Positions 38,614 to 49,352 of a stretch of 64,000 bases of DNA are shown here, one piece after another. The notes beneath the pieces were generated by a model. That model did not search any database. It had not been told where the DNA came from and was given only the letters and a program-made list of their open reading frames with translations. The stretch covers positions 1,048,637 to 1,112,636 of the forward strand of contig NZ_AP027059.1 in NCBI RefSeq assembly GCF_030295325.1. The letters run 5' to 3'. Each line of letters begins with the position of its first letter. Positions within the stretch are counted from its first letter, which is position 1. The stretch is from Haliovirga abyssi (GTDB lineage Bacteria; Fusobacteriota; Fusobacteriia; Fusobacteriales; Haliovirgaceae). The position numbers and the translations under genes were made by a program.

Positions 38614-40724
38614 AAAAATTAAATGTAGCTTTATTAGGAAATCCTAATTGTGGGAAAACAACTTTATTTAATGCTCTAACAGGTGGGAAACAGCATGTAG
38701 GGAATTGGGCAGGAGTTACAGTAGAAAAAAAAGAAGGAGAATTTGAATATAATGGGCAACAAATTAATATAATAGATTTACCTGGAATTTATAGTTTATC
38801 AACAAAGACTATTGAAGAGAAAGTATCAAGAAATTATCTAATAGAAGAAAAACCAGATTTAGTAATAAATATAATTGATGGGACTAATCTTGAAAAAAGT
38901 CTTTATTTAACGACGCAATTAATGGAATTAGGTATAAAATTTATATTAGCTATAAATATGTATGATGAAGTAAAAAGCAAAGGAATAAAAATAGATATAA
39001 AAAAATTGTCAAAATTTTTAAATGTTCCTGTTATTCCAATAATTGCTAGGAATGAAACTGGAATAGATTTATTAAAAAGCAATATAACTTCTGAATCAAC
39101 CCTAAGTAAAGCCAAAGTAGGTTATGATGAAGATATAGAAAATGCAATAGAAAGCCTGTTAAAAATAATAAAAAAAGATAAAAAAATAGAAGAAAAAATT
39201 AATATAAGATGGCTAATTATAGAACTGTTAGAAGGAGATCCTAAAGCATTTGAAATGCTAAAAAATAGTATAGTATATGATGAAGTAAAAAATACATTAG
39301 ATGATAAGATTGAGTATGTAAAAAAAATATATAATGAAGAAATAAAAATTGTTATAATGGAAAAAAGATTTGGATTTATATTAGGATTGATAAAAGAGTG
39401 TGTAATTATTAGAAAAATGGATTTTTCAAAATTAGATATAACTGAAAAAATTGATAATATTATACTGAATAAATGGGTAGGATTGCCTCTGTTTTTATTT
39501 ATACTTTGGGGGACATTTAATCTAACATTTGTTTTTGGAAATTTTTTTAGTTCTTATATTAATGATGGAATAGTGTTACTTGGAAATTTTGTATCAAATG
39601 TATTGCCAAATGGAATATTAAAAGATATGCTAATAGATGGTGCAATTGGAGGAATGGGAGGAATTTTAGTATTTTTACCTCAAATTTTAATTTTATTTTT
39701 AGTTATAGCTTTATTAGAAGATTCAGGATATATGGCAAGAGTTGCATTTATAATGGATAAACTTATGCATTATTTAGGTTTGCATGGAAAATCCTTTATT
39801 TCGCTATTCATGGGATTTGGATGTAATGTACCAGGAATAATGGCTGCAAGAATACTAGAAAATGAAGATGATAGAATTGTAACTGCTTTAGTAAATCCAT
39901 TTATGAGTTGTTCTGCAAGACTGCCAATTTATATATTAGTAACAGGAATGTTTTTCAAAAAAAATGCAGGAAATGTTATTTTTTCTATATATCTTATTGG
40001 GATTATAGTAGCTATTTTTACTGCAAAGATGTTGAAAAAATTCTTTTTTAAAGGGTTATCAGTTCCTTTTGTAATGGAATTGCCGCCATATAGAGCTCCA
40101 ACTTTGAAATCTTTAATGATACATATGTGGGATAGAGCTTCAATGTTTTTGAAAAAAATGGGTGGAGTAATTTTAATAGGGGCATTAATAGTTTGGGCAT
40201 TAGGGTATTTTCCTATTAATAAAAATTATTCAAATAATATTGTTAAATTAGAGACTCAAGCTAGCAAAATTACAGATATTCAAAAAAAGAATGATTTATC
40301 AATGAAAATAGAGGATATGAAAAAAGTTGAAGATATGGAAAATAGTTATATGGGGAAAATTGGAAAAACAATAGAACCAGTATTTAAACCATTAGGAATA
40401 ACGTGGAGAGAAGGAGTTGCATTAATTGCAGGAATAACTGCAAAGGAAATTTTTGTTAGTACAATTTCTGTATTATATGGAGTAGGAGATGAAAATGCCA
40501 CTGGATTAAAGAGAAAAATGTTGAAAGATGGAATAACTCCAATAGCGGCTTATGGTTTAATGGTGTTTGTGCTGCTGTATATACCTTGTGTTGCAACAAT
40601 TGCAGCAATAAGAAGAGAAACTAATTCATTAAAATGGACTATATTCTCTGTTATATATGGTATTTCAATTGCATATGCACTTAGTTTTTTAATAAATACA
40701 ATTGGAAAATCTATATTTTATTAA
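38610..40724 (+). CDS. feoB: ferrous iron transporter B
   Basis: 704 aa; N-terminal G-protein domain LLGNPNCGKTTLFNALTG, gate motifs, C-terminal polytopic membrane domain. Confidence 0.95.
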   Translation: MKKLNVALLGNPNCGKTTLFNALTGGKQHVGNWAGVTVEKKEGEFEYNGQQINIIDLPGIYSLSTKTIEEKVSRNYLIEEKPDLVINIIDGTNLEKSLYLTTQLMELGIKFILAINMYDEVKSKGIKIDIKKLSKFLNVPVIPIIARNETGIDLLKSNITSESTLSKAKVGYDEDIENAIESLLKIIKKDKKIEEKINIRWLIIELLEGDPKAFEMLKNSIVYDEVKNTLDDKIEYVKKIYNEEIKIVIMEKRFGFILGLIKECVIIRKMDFSKLDITEKIDNIILNKWVGLPLFLFILWGTFNLTFVFGNFFSSYINDGIVLLGNFVSNVLPNGILKDMLIDGAIGGMGGILVFLPQILILFLVIALLEDSGYMARVAFIMDKLMHYLGLHGKSFISLFMGFGCNVPGIMAARILENEDDRIVTALVNPFMSCSARLPIYILVTGMFFKKNAGNVIFSIYLIGIIVAIFTAKMLKKFFFKGLSVPFVMELPPYRAPTLKSLMIHMWDRASMFLKKMGGVILIGALIVWALGYFPINKNYSNNIVKLETQASKITDIQKKNDLSMKIEDMKKVEDMENSYMGKIGKTIEPVFKPLGITWREGVALIAGITAKEIFVSTISVLYGVGDENATGLKRKMLKDGITPIAAYGLMVFVLLYIPCVATIAAIRRETNSLKWTIFSVIYGISIAYALSFLINTIGKSIFY

Positions 40725-40762
40725 AAGATGATTTTTGAACGTTTATTAATGGAGGTGTTTAA

Positions 40763-40928
40763 AATGATACAAGAAATAATAGTCGGAATTATAATGGTTA
40801 TAGTAATATATATAGCTTTTAAAAAAATGTATGAATCTTTTAAAAATGCAGAGAGTGGGACTTGTTCTTCATGTACACATAAAAGTTCATGCAATATATA
40901 TAGCGAAAAAAATGTTATAAAAAAATAA
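40763..40928 (+). CDS. FeoB-associated Cys-rich small membrane protein
   Basis: 55 aa from ATG 40763 (SD GGAGGTG); one TM helix then CSSCTHKSSC motif; directly downstream of feoB. Confidence 0.6.
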
Positions 40929-41052
40929 TTAAAATAGTTAAGGGGAAACATACAAAAAAACTTATACTACCATAAATAAAAAAAGCTTGAAATTAATCAA
41001 CTGATATAGTAGAATAGTAAATAGAACAAATAAAAAATAGGAGGTAATTGTT

Positions 41053-42063
41053 ATGAAAAAAGTGGTTTTATTATTGGTAGTCTTATTAGGTATTTTTGGT
41101 TGTACAGGAAAAAATGTATCTTCAGGGACAAAAGTTAAAAAGGTAGTGAAAGAAGCTCCAGTAAAGCCTATAAAGGTAGGATTATTAGTAGAAGGGTTGG
41201 GGGATAAGGGCTTTAACGATTCTGCTTTCATTGGGCTAAAACAAGCTGAAAAAAAATTAGGAATAAAATTTAATTATGTTGAACCAGCTTCTGAAGAAGC
41301 AGTAGATTACTTTTTAAAAAAATATGCAGAAAGTGATTATGATTTAATAGTGGTTGTAGGATATAGAATGAAAGCAGCAACTGAAAAAGCAGCAATAGAT
41401 CATCCAAATGCAAAATTTGCAATAGTTGATGCTAGAATAGATTTACCAAATGTAGCTTCTTTGCTTTTTAAAGAAGATGAAGGGTCGTTTTTAGTGGGGG
41501 CATTATCTGGAATGATGACTAGAACTGGAGTAATAGGATTTATAGGTGGAATAGATATTCCTTTGATTAGAAAATTTCAAGAGGGATATTCTAGTGGTGC
41601 AAAATATGTAAATCAAAATGTTATGACTGTTGATACATATATAGGAGGAGCTAACCCTTTTTATTCTCCAGGGACAGGAAGAAGAAAGGCAGAAGATATG
41701 ATAAAAAAAGGAGCTGATATATTATATAGTGCTGCAGGTAGAACAGGCTTGGGTGTTATAGATGCAGCAAAAGATGCAGGGATATATGCAATAGGAGTAG
41801 ATTCTGATCAAGATGGGTTAGCTCCAGGAACAGTTCTAACTAGCATGGTAAAACATGTGGATGTTGCTGTATATAATACTGTAAAAATTACAGCACAAGG
41901 GAATTTTAAACCTGGAATAAACTTATTTGGATTAAAAGAAGGTGGAGTTGGAATAACTGATCTAACATATACAAAAGATAAAATACCAACATATATGTTA
42001 GCAAAATTAAAAAAAATAGAAATAGGAATAATAGATGGCAGTATAGATATACATGCTAGATAA
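41053..42063 (+). CDS. BMP-family (PnrA/TmpC/Med-like) ABC transporter substrate-binding lipoprotein
   Basis: 336 aa; signal peptide with lipobox LGIFGC; BMP family motifs (GFIGG, DSDQ). Confidence 0.85.
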   Translation: MKKVVLLLVVLLGIFGCTGKNVSSGTKVKKVVKEAPVKPIKVGLLVEGLGDKGFNDSAFIGLKQAEKKLGIKFNYVEPASEEAVDYFLKKYAESDYDLIVVVGYRMKAATEKAAIDHPNAKFAIVDARIDLPNVASLLFKEDEGSFLVGALSGMMTRTGVIGFIGGIDIPLIRKFQEGYSSGAKYVNQNVMTVDTYIGGANPFYSPGTGRRKAEDMIKKGADILYSAAGRTGLGVIDAAKDAGIYAIGVDSDQDGLAPGTVLTSMVKHVDVAVYNTVKITAQGNFKPGINLFGLKEGGVGITDLTYTKDKIPTYMLAKLKKIEIGIIDGSIDIHAR

Positions 42064-42181
42064 TTAAATTAAGAATATATTATATTTTTTTTCGAGTTTA
42101 TCTATAATTATAATGTATAAAAATAAAACTAAATAATATTTATATATTTTTATCTGAAAAAGCGTAGAACAAACAAAACAC

Positions 42182-42210
42182 TTGACAAAAAATAGGATAT
42201 AAAGTATAAT
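42182..42210 (+). promoter_or_regulatory. consensus sigma70 promoter TTGACA-17-TATAAT for the yceD-rpmF-plsX-fab cluster
   Basis: -35 42182-42187, -10 42205-42210. Confidence 0.65.
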
Positions 42211-42237
42211 AAGTTGCTAATTTATGAGGTGATAGTA

Positions 42238-42738
42238 ATGAAAATAAACGTAGCAGAATTAAAAAGACAAAAAACAGATATAACAAATTTTTCAGGTGAA
42301 TTACTGTTGGATAATCTGTATGAGGATTCTGCATTGGTAAAGTATAACTTAAATTTAAAGGTTGTAGGAAATGAAGTTATAGCAACAGGAAGAATAATAA
42401 CGAAAGTAAAGTTAAAATGTGTTAGATGTCTTAAAAATTTTTATCAAGATGTAGATACCGAATTTGAAACTTCATATCTTGAAGAAGAAGATTATAATGA
42501 GTATTTAAAGTTAGAGGAAGCAGAACATTTTTTTAACAGTGATGAAATTGTAAGAGAAAAAATATCAGGAAATGAAATTGATATTGATAAGTTGTTCAGG
42601 GAATATATCCTTCTTGAAATTACAGAATATCCTATTTGTGATGTTAATTGTAATGGAATAGAAGAGATTGAGCTTTATTCTAAAAATGAAGAGATAGATC
42701 CCCGATGGAATCAACTTTTAAATATAACAAAGAAGTAA
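42238..42738 (+). CDS. yceD: YceD/DUF177 family protein (23S rRNA accumulation protein)
   Basis: 166 aa from ATG 42238 (SD GAGGTGA); CVRCL and ICDVNC Cys pairs; precedes rpmF as in most bacteria. Confidence 0.8.
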   Translation: MKINVAELKRQKTDITNFSGELLLDNLYEDSALVKYNLNLKVVGNEVIATGRIITKVKLKCVRCLKNFYQDVDTEFETSYLEEEDYNEYLKLEEAEHFFNSDEIVREKISGNEIDIDKLFREYILLEITEYPICDVNCNGIEEIELYSKNEEIDPRWNQLLNITKK

Positions 42739-42762
42739 GAAATAGGAGGTGGAATACAGAAA

Positions 42763-42963
42763 ATGGCAGTATCTCCAAAAAAAACATCAAAAGCAAAAAG
42801 AGATATGAGAAGATCGCATCATGCTTTAAAAGCCACAGGTTTATCAGTATGTCCTAGTTGTGGAGCTCCAAAGAGACCACATAGAATATGCTTAGAATGC
42901 GGTGTTTATGGTGATAAACAAGTTTTAAATGCAGGAGAAGAAGTAGTTGCAAACGCAGAATAG
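42763..42963 (+). CDS. rpmF: 50S ribosomal protein L32
   Basis: 66 aa; [24 protein letters not shown]-terminus, CPSCG...CLECG zinc ribbon. Confidence 0.95.
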   Translation: MAVSPKKTSKAKRDMRRSHHALKATGLSVCPSCGAPKRPHRICLECGVYGDKQVLNAGEEVVANAE

Positions 42964-43082
42964 TTAAATCTACTAAGGGATGGGTTAAAAATAATTTGCA
43001 CATTTGATAATAATATAATGTTTTGATCATTTTTATTATTAAATGTATAATAAAAATAATTTTTTAAACATTCTTAACTGAG

Positions 43083-43115
43083 AAAAGCAAGATATAATTA
43101 TCTTGCTTTTTCTTT
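43083..43115 (+). terminator. hairpin AAAAGCAAGATA-taat-TATCTTGCTTTT with T-run, between rpmF and plsX (terminator/attenuator)
   Basis: 12-bp stem, 4-nt loop, followed by TCTTTAT; 18 nt upstream of plsX SD. Confidence 0.6.
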
Positions 43116-43132
43116 ATAGTATAGGAGGAATT

Positions 43133-44125
43133 ATGATAGTAGCATTAGATGCAATGGGTGGAGATTTTGCTCCAGTAGAAACAGTAAAGGGAGCTGTTTT
43201 AGCATTGGATGAAATAAAATCTTTAGAAATAATCCTAGTTGGAGATGAAAAATTAATAAAAGAAGAATTAAAAAAATATAGCTATGATAAAAAGAGAATA
43301 AAAATAGAGCATACAACTGAATTTATAAAAATGAAAGAAGAAAGTTCACCAGCTATGGCTGTAAGGAAAAAGAAAAAGGCTTCGATGAATATTTCTTTAG
43401 AACTTGTAAAAGAAGGAAAAGCTAATGCAAGCGTTTCTGCTGGTAATACAGGAGCTTTAATGAGTGCAAGTTTATTAAAATTAAAGCGTATAAAAGGAGT
43501 ATTAAGACCTGCTATAACAACAATTATGCCATCTAAAAGAGGGAATATAGTTCTTATGGATGTAGGTGCAAATGCTAATTGTAAACCAGAATATTTAGAA
43601 CAATTTGCTATTATGGGATCATATTATGCAAAACTGTTTCTTAAAAAAGATAATCCTAAAATTGGTTTGATTAATATAGGAGAAGAAACAGGAAAAGGAA
43701 ATGAATTAGCAGTAGCTTCATATGAACTTTTAGAAAAAAATAAAAAAATAAATTTTGTTGGAAATATAGAGCCTAGAGATATAGTAGACACTGATATAGA
43801 TGTGGCTGTTACAGATGGATTTACTGGAAATGTAATATTAAAAACAGCAGAAGGTGTAGGAAGTTTTATAACAGGAATATTAAAAGATGAAATAAAAAAA
43901 TCTTTTATGGCAAAATTAGGTGCAATATTTTTAAAAAATGTATTTAAAACATTAAAATCTAAAATGGATTCTTCAGAATATGGAGGAGCTATTTTTCTTG
44001 GAGTAGATGGTATTTCAATAAAAGCTCATGGGAATTCAAATTCAACAGCAATAAAAAATGCGATTAAAGTTGCTAATTTTTTTGCAGAAGCTAATTTTAT
44101 TGAAAACTTAAAAGAAAATTTTTAA
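43133..44125 (+). CDS. plsX: phosphate acyltransferase PlsX
   Basis: MIVALDAMGGDFAP N-terminus; SD AGGAGG 43124-43129. Confidence 0.9.
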   Translation: MIVALDAMGGDFAPVETVKGAVLALDEIKSLEIILVGDEKLIKEELKKYSYDKKRIKIEHTTEFIKMKEESSPAMAVRKKKKASMNISLELVKEGKANASVSAGNTGALMSASLLKLKRIKGVLRPAITTIMPSKRGNIVLMDVGANANCKPEYLEQFAIMGSYYAKLFLKKDNPKIGLINIGEETGKGNELAVASYELLEKNKKINFVGNIEPRDIVDTDIDVAVTDGFTGNVILKTAEGVGSFITGILKDEIKKSFMAKLGAIFLKNVFKTLKSKMDSSEYGGAIFLGVDGISIKAHGNSNSTAIKNAIKVANFFAEANFIENLKENF

Positions 44126-44158
44126 GAATAATAATTTTTATAAACTGGAGGATATAAT

Positions 44159-45154
44159 ATGAAAAAGTTAAAAAGTGTAGGGATAGTTGGCTTAGGTTCT
44201 TATCTACCTGAAAAAGTTTTAACAAATAAAGATTTAGAAAAAATAGTAGATACTACTGATGAGTGGATAAAAAGCCGTACTGGAATAGAAGAAAGAAGAA
44301 TTGCAGCTAAAGAAGAAGCTACTTCTGATTTAGCTATAAAAGCTGCTAAAAAAGCATTAGAGGATGCAAATGTATCTCCTGAAGAGATTGATTTGGTTAT
44401 AGTCTCAACTATAACACCTGATTTTGCATTTCCAGCAACAGCAGCTATAGTACAAGATAAAATAGGAGCATCAAATGCTGCAGCATTTGATTTGGAAGCA
44501 GCGTGTACAGGATTTGTTTATGGATTAGCAGTAGGTGGGAATTTTATTGCTACAGGTATGTATAAAAAAGTATTAGTTATAGGCTCAGAAGCTCTTTCTA
44601 GAATTATGGATTGGGAAGATAGAAATACATGTGTACTATTTGGAGATGGAGCATCAGCAGCAGTACTTGGAGAAGTAGAAGATGGATATGGATTATTATC
44701 TTATGATTTAGGAGCTGATGGAAGTGGTGGACATACATTGGATCAACCAGGCGGTGGATCTAGAAATCCAGCAAGTGATGAAACTGTAAATAAAAAAATG
44801 CATTATTTGAGAATGAAAGGAAAAGAAGTTTTTAAATTTGCTGTTACTGCTTTACCTAAGACTACATTAAAAACATTAGAAAATCTTAATATGACTCCAG
44901 ATGATGTTGATTTATATGTCCCACATCAAGCAAATGTAAGAATAATAGAAGCGGCAGCAAAAAAATTAAAACAACCTGTTTCTAAATTTCATATGAATAT
45001 GAATAAATTTGGGAATACTTCATCTGCATCTATAGGAATAGCTTTAGATGAATTGTATAAAAATGATAAGTTAAAAAAAGGCGATAACATAGTATTAGTA
45101 GGTTTTGGAGCAGGTTTAACATATGGTTCTTGTTTAATTAAATGGTCAAAATAG
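44159..45154 (+). CDS. fabH: 3-oxoacyl-ACP synthase III
   Basis: 331 aa; active-site Cys context AACTGF, HQAN and GNTSSAS motifs. Confidence 0.9.
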   Translation: MKKLKSVGIVGLGSYLPEKVLTNKDLEKIVDTTDEWIKSRTGIEERRIAAKEEATSDLAIKAAKKALEDANVSPEEIDLVIVSTITPDFAFPATAAIVQDKIGASNAAAFDLEAACTGFVYGLAVGGNFIATGMYKKVLVIGSEALSRIMDWEDRNTCVLFGDGASAAVLGEVEDGYGLLSYDLGADGSGGHTLDQPGGGSRNPASDETVNKKMHYLRMKGKEVFKFAVTALPKTTLKTLENLNMTPDDVDLYVPHQANVRIIEAAAKKLKQPVSKFHMNMNKFGNTSSASIGIALDELYKNDKLKKGDNIVLVGFGAGLTYGSCLIKWSK

Positions 45155-45179
45155 TAATTCTAAAAGTAGGAGGACAAAA

Positions 45180-46124
45180 ATGATAAAAACTGAAATTTGT
45201 GATTTATTAAAAATAAAATATCCAATATTTCAAGGAGCAATGGCATGGATAGCTGAAGGTAATTTAGCAGGACATGTTTCAAAAGCTGGAGGACTTGGAA
45301 TTATTGCAGGTGGTGGAATGCCATCAGAATTGTTAAGAGAAGAGATAAGAAAAGTTAGAAAAATTACAGACAATCCATTTGCAGTAAATTTAATGTTGAT
45401 GATGGATAATGTAGAAAAACAGATAGAAGTTTGTATAGAGGAAAAAGTTCCTGTTGTTACAACTGGAGCTGGAAATCCTGGAGCATTTATAAAAAAATTA
45501 AAAAAAGCTAAAATAAAAGTTATACCAATTGTTCCATCAGTTGCATTAGCTAAAAGAATGGAAAAATCTGGTGCAGATGCAATAATAGTAGAAGGGGTAG
45601 AAGCAGGAGGTCATGTTGGAGAATTAACAACAATGGCTTTATTACCTCAAATAACAGCAGCAGTGGATATTCCTGTTATTGGAGCAGGAGGAATAGCTAC
45701 AGGGAAACAATTTGTAGCAGCATTAGCATTAGGAGCTAAAGGTGTACAAGTTGGGACAAGATTTTTAATTGCTGAAGAATGTACTGTTCATGAAAATTAT
45801 AAAAAAGCAATATTAAAAGCTAAAGATAGGAGTACTGTTGTTACTGGAAGAAAAACAGGACATCCAGTTCGAATTATTAATAATAAACTTGCAAAAGAGT
45901 TTATTAAACTTGAAGAATCAGGTGCTTCAAATGAAGAATTGGAAAAAATGGGAGCAGGAAGATTAAGAGCAGCAGCAAAAGATGGAGATATTAATTTTGG
46001 AAGTGTTATGTCAGGACAAGTTGCAGCAATGGTTAATAAAGAGGAAACTTGCGAAGATATAATATTAGACTTAATTAATTCTGCAGAAAATGAACTAAAC
46101 AATTTGAAAAACTTATATCTTTAA
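45180..46124 (+). CDS. fabK: enoyl-ACP reductase II (FabK, FMN-dependent nitronate monooxygenase fold)
   Basis: 314 aa; [10 protein letters not shown]...[11 protein letters not shown]; located between fabH and fabD as in FabK-type clusters. Confidence 0.8.
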   Translation: MIKTEICDLLKIKYPIFQGAMAWIAEGNLAGHVSKAGGLGIIAGGGMPSELLREEIRKVRKITDNPFAVNLMLMMDNVEKQIEVCIEEKVPVVTTGAGNPGAFIKKLKKAKIKVIPIVPSVALAKRMEKSGADAIIVEGVEAGGHVGELTTMALLPQITAAVDIPVIGAGGIATGKQFVAALALGAKGVQVGTRFLIAEECTVHENYKKAILKAKDRSTVVTGRKTGHPVRIINNKLAKEFIKLEESGASNEELEKMGAGRLRAAAKDGDINFGSVMSGQVAAMVNKEETCEDIILDLINSAENELNNLKNLYL

Positions 46125-46253
46125 AATAATCAAAGAATGTTTAAAAAATAATTTTCTTATATTTTGTTATAAAAACGCTAAAATCGTGCGTATTTTAAAA
46201 CAAAATGGAAATGTTATTTTTAAGCCGTTCATAATTTATAATTGGAGGTAAAA

Positions 46254-47165
46254 ATGTCAAAAGTTGCATTTGTTTTTCCAGGACAAGGAGCTCAATATGT
46301 TGGAATGGGAAAAGAATTATATGAAAATAGTAATAAAGCAAAAGAGATATTTGATAATATATTTAGTGATTTAGAAATAAACTTGGAAAATATTATGTTT
46401 GATGGTCCAGAAGAAAAGCTGAAAGAAACAAAATATACTCAACCAGCAATAGTGGCGTTTAGTTCTGTTTTAACAGAATTATTAAAAGAAAAAAATATAA
46501 AAGCGGATTACGTTGCAGGACATAGCTTAGGAGAATATAGTGCACTTAATGCAGCAGAAGTACTTTCTATAGAAGATACTGTTAAATTAGCAGAATTAAG
46601 AGGAAGTATAATGAATGATATTACAGAAAATATAAATGGAACAATGGCAGCTATATTAGGAGTTCCTGCAGAAAAAATTATAGAAATTTGTAATGGAATT
46701 TCAGAAGTGGTTGAAGCAGTTAATTTTAATGAACCAAAACAAACTGTAATAGCTGGAACAAAAGAAGGAATAGAAAAAGCAGTAGAAGAATTAAAAAAAG
46801 CTGGAGCCAGAAGAGCGGTAATTCTAGATGTATCAGGTCCATTTCACTCATCATTAATGAAGCCAGCAGGAGAAAAATTAAAAGAAAATTTAGAAAATTT
46901 TAATTTTGAAAATGCAGAAATAAAAATAGTTGCAAACACTACAGGAAAAATTATAGATAGTGTAAAAGATATAAAAATAGAACTGTACAATCAAACATTT
47001 GGACCTGTAAAATGGGTTGATATAGTTAACGTATTAAAAGAAGAAGGGGTTACAAAAATTTATGAAATAGGTCCTGGAAAAGTATTAAAAGGATTAATCA
47101 GAAAAATTGACAGAGGATTAGAAGTGATAAATATAGAGAAGATAGAAGATATAGAAAAACTTTAA
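46254..47165 (+). CDS. fabD: malonyl CoA-ACP transacylase
   Basis: FVFPGQGAQYVGMG and GHSLGEYSAL active-site motifs; ATG 46254 after SD GGAGGT. Confidence 0.9.
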   Translation: MSKVAFVFPGQGAQYVGMGKELYENSNKAKEIFDNIFSDLEINLENIMFDGPEEKLKETKYTQPAIVAFSSVLTELLKEKNIKADYVAGHSLGEYSALNAAEVLSIEDTVKLAELRGSIMNDITENINGTMAAILGVPAEKIIEICNGISEVVEAVNFNEPKQTVIAGTKEGIEKAVEELKKAGARRAVILDVSGPFHSSLMKPAGEKLKENLENFNFENAEIKIVANTTGKIIDSVKDIKIELYNQTFGPVKWVDIVNVLKEEGVTKIYEIGPGKVLKGLIRKIDRGLEVINIEKIEDIEKL

Positions 47166-47193
47166 AATATATTAAAGATATTAGGAGGTTATT

Positions 47194-47937
47194 ATGATAA
47201 ATTTAAAAGATCAAATAGCAGTAGTAACAGGTTCTGCAAGAGGTATAGGAAGAGCAATGGCAGAAAAATTTGCAGAAGCAGGAGCAAAAGTAGTAATTAC
47301 GGATATACTAGAAGATGGAGAAAAAACAGCACAAGAAATAGCTGAAAAATATGGTGTTGAAACAAAATTTATAGTATCAAATGTTACTGATTATGAAAGT
47401 GCAAAAAATTTGGTAAAAACTACATTAGAGGTTTTTGGTAAAATAGATATTTTTGTAAATAATGCTGGGATAACAAGAGATGGATTATTCTTAAGAATGA
47501 AAGAAGATGATTTTGATAGAGTTATATCTGTAAATTTGAAAGGTGTATTTAATTGTACACAAGCAGTTTTTAAAGCTATGGTAAAGCAAAGAAGTGGTTC
47601 TATAATAAATATATCATCTGTAATTGGATTAATAGGGAATGTTGGGCAAACTAATTATGCTGCTTCAAAAGCAGGGATATTAGGAATAACAAAATCTGTA
47701 GCTAGAGAAGGGGCGAGAAGAGGAATAAGAGTCAATGCCATAGCACCTGGATTTATCAAGACAGACATGACTCATATATTAAAAGAAGAAGTTCAAAAAC
47801 AAATATTATCTCAAATTCCAATGGGGGAAATGGGGACTCCAGAAGATATTGCTAATACAGCGTTATTCCTTGCATCTGATTTGTCAAAATACATAACAGG
47901 ACAAGTAATTACAATTGATGGTGGAATGGTAATGTAG
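47194..47937 (+). CDS. fabG: 3-oxoacyl-ACP reductase
   Basis: 247 aa SDR; TGSARGIG, NNAG, YAASK motifs. Confidence 0.9.
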   Translation: MINLKDQIAVVTGSARGIGRAMAEKFAEAGAKVVITDILEDGEKTAQEIAEKYGVETKFIVSNVTDYESAKNLVKTTLEVFGKIDIFVNNAGITRDGLFLRMKEDDFDRVISVNLKGVFNCTQAVFKAMVKQRSGSIINISSVIGLIGNVGQTNYAASKAGILGITKSVAREGARRGIRVNAIAPGFIKTDMTHILKEEVQKQILSQIPMGEMGTPEDIANTALFLASDLSKYITGQVITIDGGMVM

Positions 47938-47949
47938 GTAAAATAAAAC

Positions 47950-47978
47950 TTGAAAAAACAAGAAAAATTTGTTATAGT
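47950..47978 (+). promoter_or_regulatory. promoter TTGAAA-17-TATAGT upstream of acpP, sharing CTTG(T)AAAAAACAAGAAA with the pcrA promoter
   Basis: -35 47950-47955, -10 47973-47978. Confidence 0.5.
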
Positions 47979-48003
47979 TAATTTGAGAGGAGGTGAATTA
48001 TTA

Positions 48004-48237
48004 ATGGCAGAATTATTTGAAAAAGTTAAAGAAGTTATAATTGAACAATTAGGCGTAGATGGAGAATCAGTTGTAGCTGAAGCATCTTTCGTAGATGATT
48101 TAGGAGCAGATTCTTTAGATACAGTTGAATTAATTATGGCATTTGAAGAAGAATTTGGTGTAGAGATTCCTGATGAAGAGGCTGAGAAAATTAAAACAGT
48201 TCAAAACGTTTTAGATTATATTAAAGCTAACGCATAA
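48004..48237 (+). CDS. acpP: acyl carrier protein
   Basis: 77 aa; [12 protein letters not shown] phosphopantetheine site; SD GAGGAGGTG, ATG 48004 (ORF-track 47950 start rejected). Confidence 0.95.
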   Translation: MAELFEKVKEVIIEQLGVDGESVVAEASFVDDLGADSLDTVELIMAFEEEFGVEIPDEEAEKIKTVQNVLDYIKANA

Positions 48238-48239
48238 AC

Positions 48240-48264
48240 TATAGGGGTAATAATTACCCCTATA
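48240..48264 (+). terminator. perfect 12-bp-arm palindrome TATAGGGGTAAT-a-ATTACCCCTATA immediately after acpP
   Basis: Read directly; 3 nt after the acpP stop. Confidence 0.55.
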
Positions 48265-48379
48265 GCAAATCAATTATATTATATTGCTTATAGTATGATT
48301 GATTTGCAAAAAGTGTTTTTTAATACTTTTTGTTTTTGAATCGAAGCTTTTAATATATTAAGGAGAGGTGAAATAAAAA

Positions 48380-49321
48380 ATGAATTTTCCAAAATTAAAA
48401 ATAGGCAATCTAACACCTAAATTTCCTATTATACAAGGTGGAATGGCTATAAGAGTATCTATGGCTAAATTAGCAGCAGCAGTTGCTAATGAAGGTGGAG
48501 TAGGAGTTATTGCAGGTACAGGATTAAAATTAGAAGAATTAGCCAATGAAATAAAAAAAGCTAAGGAGATGACTAAAGGAATTATTGGTGTAAATATAAT
48601 GTTTGCAGCAACTGATTTTGTAGAATTAGTAAAAACATCTATAGAAAGTGGAATTGATTTAATAATTTCAGGTGCTGGCTTTTCAAGAGATGTATTTGCA
48701 ATGGCAAAAGAAGCTAAAATCCCATTTTTACCAATAGTATCATCTGTAAAATTGGCTAAAATATCAGAAAGATTAGGGGCTAGTGCAATAATAGTTGAAG
48801 GTGGTAATGCAGGAGGACATCTTGGAACAGATAAAGATAGTTGGGATATTGTAAAAGATATAAAAGAAGCAGTAAAAATTCCAGTTATTGGAGCAGGAGG
48901 AGTTGTAACTCCAGAAGATGCACAAAGAATGTTTGATTTAGGATTAGATGGAGTACAAATGGGAACTAGATTTGTAGCAAGTAAAGAAGTAGAAATATCA
49001 GATGTATTTAAAGAATTATATATAAAATCTAAAAAAGAAGATGTTGTTGAGATAATGAGTTCTGCAGGATTACCTGCGAATGCAATAAAGACAAAATTTA
49101 CAAATTTAGTATTAGCAGGAAAAGCTCCAAAACCAGAAAACTGTACAAATTGTTTAAAGCATTGTAGTAGAAAATTTTGTATAAAAGATGCTTTGAATAG
49201 AGGTCATGATGGAGATTTAGAAAGAGGGGTATTTTTTACTGGAAAAGATGTTTGGAAAATACATGATATACTTTCGGTAAAAGAAATATTCCAACAATTT
49301 ATAAATTATAAGGCACAATAA
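48380..49321 (+). CDS. nitronate monooxygenase-family / FabK-like enoyl-ACP reductase paralog
   Basis: 313 aa; FPIIQGGMA...GGVGVIAGTG; second NMO-fold gene inside the fab cluster. Confidence 0.7.
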   Translation: MNFPKLKIGNLTPKFPIIQGGMAIRVSMAKLAAAVANEGGVGVIAGTGLKLEELANEIKKAKEMTKGIIGVNIMFAATDFVELVKTSIESGIDLIISGAGFSRDVFAMAKEAKIPFLPIVSSVKLAKISERLGASAIIVEGGNAGGHLGTDKDSWDIVKDIKEAVKIPVIGAGGVVTPEDAQRMFDLGLDGVQMGTRFVASKEVEISDVFKELYIKSKKEDVVEIMSSAGLPANAIKTKFTNLVLAGKAPKPENCTNCLKHCSRKFCIKDALNRGHDGDLERGVFFTGKDVWKIHDILSVKEIFQQFINYKAQ

Positions 49322-49352
49322 TAAAATATAACTTTAGAAAGAGGTGGATGAA

